A stretch of DNA of 64,000 bases from Fimbriosthenelais zetlandica (lineage: Eukaryota), in the NCBI GenBank assembly GCA_977030845.1, contig OZ365115.1, forward strand, positions 31,744,001 through 31,808,000, in the 5' to 3' direction. This document shows, in pieces, positions 1-11,301 of the stretch. The notes beneath the pieces are model-generated. The model saw only the letters and a list, made by a program, of their open reading frames with translations, was not told the origin of the DNA and searched no databases. The translations under genes were made by a program, and so were the position numbers. How positions within the stretch are numbered: the first letter of the stretch is position 1; the number at the start of each line of letters is the position of its first letter.

Positions 1-3000
1 TCCTTTCCAGGTCATCCAGAAACAAGCAGTATCCAGGTCATGTGATCTGTATGTGGCCATCACTATCAATTACAAGGCACTACGTCTGGCATCGACCTAT
101 ATTCATAGCCAAGGTCAACTGATGACCTTCACATGTGATATCTCCAGCGACCCTGCTGTACTAAGGGTCACTTTTGCTTTGGATAGAGGAAGCTGAATCT
201 TGTATATCAATTACTATTGGTATTGATTTGGGAAGCATGGAAAAACAGATGCCCAGCCATATCTGGGGTATCAATGATGAGGGAAGACTGGTGAAGGGAT
301 CGATATTAATGAAAAGCTAATGAGAATATAATAATATGTATAGCTGTGAAATCCTAGCAGTTACTTTTCAGTGATATCCATCACTGTATTCGACATCTGG
401 AAGATGTTTTGGGTATTCTACGGGACTAAAAGGATATTGATCATAAGCCTTTTTATTCCACTTTGAACCCCAGGTGTTTCGTTGTGGTCCTACAACTTTT
501 ATCAGTTTTGTTTGAGGTATTCCAGAGCTAGATTCGAGATCCCTCCCCTCCCATCCACATGCATTTCTGCAAACCCCTATTATTATACTGTAAACAGAAA
601 TTATGCCCGTAATATATTTAAAGGCTGATAGTGCATGGTTGGAGAGAGGGGTATAGCAGAGCATATAACATCGCACTGGCTTCCTTTCCCCTGGAGAGAA
701 CGTGGTCATTCGCCCTCAGACAACAAACACTTGCTACTTGTATATAATGGTCCCAAAAGTATCATCATACAACCCTTGAGGATGATCATAGACAATCATT
801 GAGCTACATTCCATACCCTTCTCACAGTTGTCTGTATTTGTTTTCTTCAGCTCGTTGTACTTCTGCATTGTAAACGATTTGTATATCATTTTGTAGTATC
901 TCGATGCATCTAACCCCATAAGAAATAACCATTTTGATGTACTTCTTCCTATATGCTATATTCCTTATAAGAAGGGTATAATTCTACTATCATTGTATGG
1001 CAGAGTTTATTTAAGGTACTCAGATATGCCCACACCATTGGACATCCTTAGATTTAGACCCTGACCTTTCACATTTTCATGTTCCTAGAAAATGCATGGG
1101 GATGATGTATGAAAAAACGACCAAAGTTTTACCCTGGTCACACATGTATCTTCTATAATTATACACTGCTGGGGTTTACGACTGCTCCTATATTGGCCCT
1201 GCCCTGGACCCCACTTCTCCCTCCTCTACCCTATTGTCCATGCAATTTGAAGCCAATGACCAGAGGAAAGTAAGGGATTGGTGTCCGTAATGCCCCCCTA
1301 GGACTGACCAACAGCTTGAGAGCGATTCGTTAGCGCTAAATGAGAGAAGAGGCTGATGTGGAGAAGGAAGAGTAGGAGAATTGGTCAGCTGAGGCATCCT
1401 TGCTTCTCAAATAGCTCTGAATATTTATGGAACTGACAGTAATTGTGACATAAATATTTGATATTTCCTTTGCTTTTGATTGGGTCACCCAGGGAAACGT
1501 TTTCGGTGCGTCCCGGAAAATGAGTTAGTTTGGTTTGTTTTACTTTGTTTTGTGTAGCTAATTTACAAAGCCAGTCTCCCCAAAGACTAACCGACCCAGA
1601 TTTGAATTTGATTTGGAAATATTGACGCCATTAACAGTTTCAGGTCCTATCTGAAGAGACCCCAGAATACATTCTATGTATCCGTTATGTTCCTGACTCA
1701 AGTTTTCCCGTGATCTCCCATGGGAATCTGTCATGTGATTGGGATATGGGCTACAATAGTGACTCAATACTGTTTTACTATTTAATTAACACAGTCTGCA
1801 TTTATCTATTGTTTGAGCGAGATGAATCAGCTGTATCAGCTGTAATTTTCTCAGCCCAGATATTTATGTGAGGTTTCAAACTAGGTTTGACTTTCATCCC
1901 ATACAATTTAGTCACATGTGCTTCAGTTAGAACAAATCAGAAAACATTGTTCCATTAGACGACCACAAAGATGTAACTATTAACTATTCTGCATGTGTCA
2001 AATAATAGGTCAGTTATTGGCCAAGTTTCTAGTGCAGTGTCAACACATCACCAGAATAGGCTGTCACCTGTGACAGCTGGGGGCAATAAGAGAACAGTTT
2101 GATTAGTTAGTTTAAAGCTGATCGACTAGGTGTGAAAGTAACGCTTCCAGATACAGCGGAGACGTGATAAAGTCTCAGTCAGTCAATTTGATAACAAAAA
2201 ACAATAGAATGTGAAGTTTTATATTGTACTTAAACATGTTATCGCAGTCAATAGTTGCAATTACTGGTTTTTGAAAAATAAAATGTATGGCTCTGTTCGC
2301 GTCGCTGTTTCCGGCCGTGTTCTTTTCACGCCTCCTTTATTGGAGATTCCACAGGACCACGGTAATGTGTGCATGCCCTATAGATTTAAATGTCGAATAA
2401 GCCTCCAATGTTAGGAATTGATATCATGTTAAAGCGAGCTTTGTATGAGAATGGGTAAAAAGGAAATGGCTAAAATATTCAGCATGAGACCTAGAATCAG
2501 ACTCCGTGGCTTAGTGGATTACGGGCTTCCATCAAATGGCTCAGATGTTTTTGCCCTTTGGGAATAGATTAATTTGTTTCCATGGGTTTCAAACAATCAA
2601 TGGTCTCTAGTCTGAGGAGGATCTGGAATTGGTTTGACACTAAAACAAATGATAAGGAGTATTTTCTTGGCAAGTATTTGAACACTTGCAATTGATAATG
2701 CTCGAAGTGCTTCACAAACGTCATGGGTTTGATCAAACTCTGCTTTCAAAACGATTTTCCTGTCCTAGGCAAATAAAAGAAAATATCTATTTAATTCCAT
2801 TTGGTTCCCATCGCAAATTATGCCTCCCAATGGATCCAAACTTCTCTGTCTCCTCATAAGCAAAATCAGGCAGCGTTAATTGGTCCCCTTTCAATTATTT
2901 GTCAATGCATCAATGTACCATTGTGTAACCATGGTGATCAGGGGAATGTTTCATAAAAACGTTTAATGATTTGTCATCTCATGACACATTGGCCAGGCAG

Positions 3001-4256
3001 AGGATGGGGAGTGGCGTTCCAACTCATTTGGGCTGCTAATCAAGCATGAAGGCTTACACATGGAATTCACACTCGCTTGTAGAGGTCTGTGATGGATGAT
3101 GCTGTATGGTGACGTTTAAAACAAATCTAAATCATCCTGTAAAACCAAATACTGAATTTATACCTCATTTATGAAGGAACGGAGAGTGTGGTGCAAAGTA
3201 AATTATCGTTATGTCTCTGGTAAGAAAGCAGATGTCCCAAATATAATTCCAAATGATTACAAATAAATGTTGTGCATCACATTTTTGCTAAATTTACATT
3301 GTTAAATATTTGGATGTAGCACTTGGCTATATAAGCATTTCAGTTCCTTCAGGCCCTATAACTATAGGCCTACATTCCACTCATTATTCCGTTCCTCAAG
3401 GTGGCAACATTTGCCTTTGAAAATCACAGTATTTGATGGGGATTAGCATTATACAATGGATCGATTACAGTCTTTTAGAGGCCAAGTTAAGGCGATTAAT
3501 TCCTCTTATAGAGACAGTGTTAGTCACTGTGTATAGAGTCCAAGCTTATGGATGAGAATATTGAAATGTGACCGAGTATTACTCAGAAATTCAGCTTTCA
3601 AAAGTTTTTTGAGTTCCTGAAGGTTTTTTCAACTCCCCTAATCATAACATAAGTTCAAACAGCATTCTTGATTTCAAGTTTCATTGATAAAACGGGACAA
3701 AAGTCAGAGGCAGGCAGATCATATTGATTGTATGACCTTTAAGGGTGAAGTTCAAGCAATGTCCCGACCTCGCGGTCCCATGTGGCATGAAATTGAAATG
3801 TAAAGAACCATTAATACAGCAGAACACTAGAATTTTAACCTTTGATAAGCCATTTGTCTTAGCAAAGCGACAAGACGGGGGCGATCTTTAAGCCCAGGAC
3901 TGTCTGCGAAACGTACTCGACCTTTTGCTCCAGTGAGGAGTGGCTTGTGTTAAATGCTTTTTGACTCTTGACAAAAGCTGCTTTAGTAAATAACTAAGTA
4001 AAGTACATCGAAGTAAATAACAATTATTGATCCCAATGTCCCATTCTCTCTTCACCTCCCGCCCACCGCATTGTCTTTTTTAAATGATGGAGGGGTCACA
4101 TTATGCAAACTTAATAACAGAGTTATCTTTTCAATTCACAACATCACAATAAGGACAAATTTCACATTTTCATAAGTCGAAAAGTGTGTTTGACTTCACA
4201 ATCTCGCAATCAACAAAGATATCATAATAGATCACAGATAATTCTTTCTTACTTAC

Positions 4257-4360
4257 TAAAGCCCATAGTCTTATCCCACCCTTCAACTATAACTGATATT
4301 TCAGGTATTAAAGCCCATAGTCTTATCCCACCCTTCAACTATAACTGATATTTCAGGTAT
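4257..4360 (+). repeat. Perfect 52-bp tandem duplication
   Basis: taaagcccatagtcttatcccacccttcaactataactgatatttcaggtat at 4257-4308 and 4309-4360. Confidence 0.95.
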
Positions 4361-4373
4361 TGTTTTGACTCAC

Positions 4374-4449
4374 CTGTAACAGGTTGCCCTGAGTACAAGA
4401 GTAGAACTCCGGCCACGATAATTCGTCCATAGCACCAGTCACACTCCAT
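4374..4449 (-). CDS. First coding exon (signal peptide) of a secreted or membrane protein gene continuing beyond the left edge
   Basis: MECDWCYGRIIVAGVLLLYSGQPVT(G) has n/h/c signal-peptide organisation; strong donor CAG|GTGAGT, phase 1; candidate acceptor TAG at 4538-4536. No phase-compatible downstream exon found in 1-4370. Confidence 0.6.
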
Positions 4450-7400
4450 AGATGAGAATGAGGAGATGGACGACGATAAGCTGCCGGATATTCTTCAATC
4501 ATAATCCAAGCTTACACAAGCCATCTTCTACCCAACTAATGACAGGGGAAAAGTTTCTTTTTGAATCTAAGATATTAACTTTCTATGGAAAATAGGCAGT
4601 GTTTGTGGAAAAAGCACAGATCTGAGAAAGCACGTGTGTATGGGGGATACGGGGAAAGGTGGGCGGAGGCTGGGCTGTAGAGTAGGGGCTGGAGGGAGGA
4701 GAGAAAAGGAGAGGAGCGCCTAAGGGATGTGGGGGTATATGTGTGTTGGAGCCAGCTTCTTCAGCTAGCTCTGCTATGGGCTTTGCGAGTTGTCTTGGTA
4801 TAATGGCCTGGGAAAGATGAACATTTCCATGTGCTACTAGTTGATGCCGGGTGGCCTGGAGTGGCTTCGCTTCGCTAACGTCCATCATTATTCCTCCACT
4901 CATTGGCTTCTGGCGCTAGTTCGTGATTGGCGCGGTGGGGGCGCCACTGTCTTCCTGGCATGATCAGGGATGGGTGAAGTTGTATAGATTGGCTGTGGAG
5001 ATTGGCAGGCAGATCTGGTGGGAATGATGGGGTAGGGGAGAGATGTAATATGCGTTTCAGAGGAAGGGAAACAGGGAAATGCCGAAAATGTGTAAATGGA
5101 GGTTGATGAAGGAAAGGAATGAAAATTGTAAGGAGGGGCAACTGAAAAAACTGGGTACGTGTAGTGGGAAAAGCCGAAGAAACAATATGGAAGGAACTAT
5201 TATATATAGTGGAAAATTTGGAGGGTAGAATGAATAGAGAGCTGATACGTCGACCCTTGAATGGATTGAATATATTATCTGTTATGTATACGATTATGTC
5301 TTGAGCATTATGTATTTTGAACCATTATACCAATTAATTCTGAGAAGAAAATGGTTTACCCAAGGGGAATAGATATTTATAATTAGATAAATTTATATGT
5401 TCTAAATGTGAATTTTCAACTTTCGAAGGCAATGAAGTTTACGGGAAAATGGGTTATCCCAAGAGAGGCTACATTATGCTAATTTATTTCAAACAAATTA
5501 AGGCGGAGGTCGCTGATCTTCCTACTAGAGGGTGAAGGGTAAGAGCAGTATTAGTGGGCACCCGATGGGGTTTAGAGGACACGTGCTTGGAATTTAAAAT
5601 AACCTAATGCAACAGATTGGGATATATATGCCGAAATAGGCACATAATAGCGAGGGTGGGGGAAAACAGGGACAGGAACAGCAGTATAGGAAGGGCAAGA
5701 AAGCTGGAATGGGAAGCGGATATTCTGAAATTATAGCTCTCTGCATTTCCTGATTTTAAATTGGTGTCATGATGTTCATGAGATGAAAGGTAAATAGCAT
5801 AATGCCCTTTAATTGGTATTTATTTTAGATCCATTTTATAATAATTACCAATTGAATTATTCAATAAAAAGGTTCGACAATATGTTTAAAGACAGCTGAT
5901 GTGAAATATTACAGGTTCAGCTAAGATGATAGTTACGGAATTCCCCTACAGGGGGCACCTGGTTGCCACAGCAACACTTTCCTCATTCTTTTCACGGTGT
6001 TTGCAAAACATACCACCAGGACGCAGCACTTGCTGCAGTCCTGCATCACGGAGCAGTCTATGGGTGTTGTAGTGCGTTGTCTGCATTTTAAGTGTTTTCA
6101 GACAAATGCTTTGAAAATGTCTAGAAATTCTTCTCTCAGAGTTACAAAGTATGTGGTCAGCAACAATATGTATCCTTGACAACAAGAGGTCTTAAGATAG
6201 AAGAAAGGAAGGCCATCTAGTGAAGGACGATTGGGGAATGCCCTCAGGGATAATTGTAAGGGTTATTTGATGGCTCATTTAGGGGCTTTAAGTCGGTATG
6301 ATCAAGCAATGGGTCGGGGAAAGGCTGAAAATGGATTTCCTTTGATCTACCTCAAGTTGGTCGTATTGTTATTACATTATGGTTGGAATGCTTGAGGGAA
6401 GGGGAGTGAGTGGAGACCGCGAGGGAGCAAGAGACCTATTTAGATCGAAGGATGGTCCAATAAACGGGAATTTAGTCAAATACCTCGAAAATCGAGAGTT
6501 TATTAGCGTATAATAATGTTTAATGAACGCTTAAGGGTTTGTAGATAGTTAACAAGTTTATGGCATCAGAACTGAATTTGTTAAGTTCAGTGATGATATC
6601 CAAGGAGTTTGCAGAGAGCATTTAGGTTTAGGCGAAGAAATGGATTTCCTCCTTTAAGTTTCTTATGCAATGAATAAAGTATCAATCAAAACGTCTAAAA
6701 GAGCATGCATACACAATCCCATTGTATCCCTGCCTTTAATTTCACACCCTCAATTAACGGCTATTCAACCCTAGTCCTGAGCTCTGACGTCTGAAGTGCA
6801 TATTGTGACGTAACGAGAAGACAGTAGAAGTGAACGTCATTAAAGGATATGGATGAGGAGAGATCTTCTGGGAATTAGGGATCGCCAGCTGACTGGCAGT
6901 TGGCCCTGATGGCTCTATTGAACTTCAAAAGCTTTTATAATACCGGGGGTATCAATACAACACCTATTCACACACCTGATATAGGTATGCGGTTGGGTGT
7001 GTGGTCTTTAAGCTATAGGTAAAGGTATGTGAAACAGTTGTAGTACTTTTTAATGTAATCCACAGAAAAGGTGACCAAATCCTTATTATAGCTGGATAGG
7101 TCCCTCACAAGAATGAGGTTTAGGGGGAGGGGCAAGGGTGGGTTGGTGGATATTGGGAAGGAAATGTAAGATTGTGGATAAAGTAAGCGTTTAACATAGG
7201 AATTTCTATGAGTAAACATCCTGAAAGTCATGTGGAATTTAAAAAATATTTTACACGTTCTTTTCAGGGGTCAGAGTGGACAAAATTACATGCCCTTAAG
7301 ACTATTGGTCAACCACCTGGCCTGAACAAAAGCCTAAGGTTAAACTGAATCCATATATCAAGAATCTGCCCAATCATTGCTTTTAGCCATGTGCTAATGA

Positions 7401-8698
7401 TCGGTAATTACTCGGAGATTTGTTGATAAAAGCCACCCATGGAGTACAAAGAAATGTTGCTGAGACACATACAATCTGCCTTAGAACATTATGTCGAGAT
7501 TGAGAGGACGTGGTCATAATTCAGTGAGGGCCCGAGGTGGGTGGGAGGATGTGTGGGTGGGTGAGATGGTCTGTAGTAGGAAGGGGATATGATGAAATAT
7601 AATATCGCCATTGGTACAAATAGACAAATGTATTTGGTATACACATTAATTCATTTTGTAGTGAATTTCACAATTCGTTGCACTCTAATTACCCATTCAT
7701 AACGTTAATGATAAGACTATATTTATCGTACAGTCAACAGCACCTACCTGCTACCGGTAGAAGTGGACAGCCAGGGTGGGCTCCACTGACCATCTGCTGT
7801 GGTCATCCCCAGGCCATTGACCATTCACCAGGTGTATGTAATGTATGTATTAAAGTTGGACACTTCCCATGCTGAAAGGTGGCTGATGACCACCGGGATG
7901 GTTTTGCGGAATGAGAGTAACCAATGAGGCAGAAAATGAGCCAATATTGTCATAGCTACGGCAATTCACAGTTGACAGATTGAATGGAAAATCCAAGATG
8001 TCCGTAATGTCCACATGCACTCGATCCGAGACCTATACATAAATGCATGGGTAATGGGTCTACTATAGGGAATGCATTGGGATATCAGACGAGTCTACTA
8101 TAGACTATTAGTATAGGGATTGTATCCTGTTAATACCCGACACTGTTTACCAATCAAAAATGATAAGAAAAGTACTATTTTTGTCTCGGTGCAGAGTCCA
8201 CTATAATTACCCTTTCCTCAATACCTAGCTAAGATATGCATTGGTGTTACGCCTATACTCGACCATATACATTTCACTCTGTTTTTCACTCCAAAGCTGG
8301 ATCCTTTGGTGGCCGTAGTAACACCCACCCACCCACTTTAGGGATTGTATTGGGGTATCAGACGCGTTATTATTATTTATGTTAATTAGTTTTCCTAAAC
8401 AATCTGAAGAATTAGCATAGATGCATTGTATCAGACCTAGAATCTTATCGATCGGGAATTTGTCAGCCGCTGATGGAATGTGGGATATGGGGGCGTCCGT
8501 ATATGTGATAATTTATGGGTAGACAGCTCTGCCGAAACGTGTTTTGCACGCGACCATAAAATGCACACAGTCTCACATTAGCATAGCTAATTTGAACGCC
8601 GATTTCTAAATTAAACCTGTTGGCTTTGGACCCATTGTCCTCACAGAGAATGCTTTACGTGTTTTATGAACCGCAGAATCCGGTGTGACAGGGGACCA

Positions 8699-8712
8699 CC
8701 AGAAGATGGCGC
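8699..8712 (+). promoter_or_regulatory. CTCF-consensus motif containing a YY1 core
   Basis: CCAGAAGATGGCGC, 13/14; contains AAGATGGCG. Confidence 0.4.
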
Positions 8713-11247
8713 CTCGTCCCACTGGCCAACTGTGCTGGCCCCCTGTTTTCTTCCGGCGCCAGGTCCCCCGGCTATTGATGACCAAATTATCAGTTAGAAG
8801 ACAGCCTGGACGTTAGCGAGAAAGGGGCAGGGGATGGAGATAACCGGGGAGAGAGGTTCATGCCCTCCACTTCTGAAGAAAGCTCTAATGTACCTCTCAT
8901 CTGCCCCCAAATACAAAGCTACAAATATGTCGGCATAGCTGGTTATATATTGCACTGAATAAAAATAAGGCCACCGGCGTTGAAGAACCATAAAAGTCCC
9001 CATGATCAAATCGAGGTTACTCAAGGATGAAATCTGTGGAAGACCAGCTTTAATGCATTCAGGTTTTCGCTGTGATATTCCATTGACTTCATTGCACCGT
9101 TTCCCCTTTTGGCCATAATTCACACAGCAGGAAGTTCAGGTGGAAAGCGGAGGAACTACTTCCGGGGGTGTATGAATTGATCATTATATAGGCCCTCTCC
9201 CTACTTTCATCTTACTAAATGTACTCATATATCACATAAATATACTATTGATTGTCAACACCAGGCAATTATGTGTATTTATCAACACATATACACAGTT
9301 TACTGTGGCCTTCATACAGGATCTTGGGGTATCAGAACACATGCTACAACTTATATCATTAGTGAAAAATTAGTATAGGTAGTTTAGAGTAGATACATTG
9401 TTGTTGCTAGATTCTGGTAGACTAGTCAGTGAAAACATCTTTTTGGTCTTTTCTGTGGACACCACCAACATCCCACTGGTAGACAGGTAAGTGGTGTTCA
9501 GGAGTAACATGAGCCGTCCTTTCATCTCTCCCCAATACACCTCATCCCACATGCCAGACGTGCGTCCCGCCGTATTAGCACCCCCAACATAGTGATAGGC
9601 TGCTACAATCAATTATGTACAGAATGAGGGGGTATTAGACTTGCTTAAAGCCACAGAAGTATAGGAAAATGTATGCCAAATGTAGCTCAACTCAAGAGAA
9701 AATTTGTATACATGCATCGTTCACAGTTAAGATCCTATAAGAAGATTTGAATCTTGTATATATAAGGAAAATATGTCTGATCAGATAGAATGACATCATT
9801 ATCAAGCCTTTGGCTTGTCTTATATTTCACTGGCCGCATAGAGTACCAGGCTTATCCATTGTGCACAAATTAAGGGGGGCATATACCTATGATGACACAT
9901 GTCACTCAGGTTCAGGGGTCAATACAGTACCTTTTAATTTAATCAGAAAGATACACGCTACTTTTGCATGATGGACGCCACACTTAGAACGTCGTTAGGA
10001 CGAGTGACGGTAATTGACTCACAATCAATGTCGCAAAATAAGCATGAAACCGACATTTCAATGTCGTGAATCATTCAGCGGTATTGGATGATGGGATGCA
10101 AGTGCATGGGAATCTCTAAAAAGCATTGTCCTTTGTTATCATTTTCCGGTCATCATTATGTTAAAGCCCTTGTCCTTGATCCATTGGCGAATTTTCTCCC
10201 TGTAACCGTGTGCGTTGTATAATTTATTTTATATGTATTTTATTTTTCGTTCCTTGGTAACGCCCTTGGGCCACACATAGAGAATTCTATGTGAATGGGG
10301 AAGACCTAAACCATCCCTGGAATGCCCCCTGATTAAACATAGGCAATCCTCTCAACAATGCCTTAGAAATCCACTACAATTAAGCAGAGCACCTTCACCC
10401 TACGCCTTTACCTAATGTGCACATAATATGACCCAAAACACCTAAATAAACCCTTACCCCTTGATGGTCACCTTTAAATCTTGATAAAACAGCCAAGTGT
10501 GACTACAATAGCCCACCCGACCCCCTGTCGGTGATGAAAGGCCCCCAATACTGTTACACCTGACCCCAGACAATTATGACGTCATCGCCCAGACGGTCTC
10601 CCATAGGTTGATTGGTTTTATTTCATTGAGATGGAGTGAGATAGAACCGATCAGTCACCTGATCCATCACCTGACCTCATCACAAAGGTGCTAAACAGGG
10701 AAGATAAAGTTGATCGCTAGTCAGGTAATTTGTTGGTACTTGAGTGTTATATACGAATGGTTTTTGTAATCTTATATAACTTTATAGCCGCCGAAACCAT
10801 CAATATTATTTGCGGTATATGTCCAAATTGAAATTGAGGGTAAACATTATGCGCAGCCTAACTTTCGATTCCAGCTTCAGCAGACCAATGAAGGATACGT
10901 ATCAAAATTAATCTGTTTTAAATCGTTTCCAAACTAGAATTCATTCAACATCTGCTCGTGTCACAAGGTAAATTTAACTCATACTCTTTCCAAAGTGGCA
11001 AATTAAGAGAATCTTTATTTGTGACCTGCGACCCATCACTCTCTTTAATTTCTTCCATACTTAGCCGAACTGTCTTCCCCGACAATGACCAATGACCAGC
11101 TGGTCAGGTGGGCTATGTAATTACTGCACATAAACCTCAAAATACACTGAACAAGGGCAAAGGTTTAATGTATTAGAAAATTAGCCTTGTCATGTCCAAG
11201 CCAAAGATGCTATCTCTCCCCAGTAATGTCAATAAATGATAGGGATT

Positions 11248-11301
11248 CCGCTAGGTGGCAACTTCCTCTACTTACTTCCGGTACGGTGTATCTACTTCCG
11301 G
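11248..11301 (+). promoter_or_regulatory. CTCF-consensus motif followed by two ETS sites
   Basis: CCGCTAGGTGGCAA 11248-11261 (13/14); ACTTCCGG at 11274 and 11294, exactly 20 bp apart. Confidence 0.45.

Noticed and set aside
956-1384. Signal-peptide-like ILLLFLLHISLFSHLAL in frame with the 368-955 ORF (env-like gene)
   Set aside because: Six stops in 143 codons is background density, so continuity is not supported
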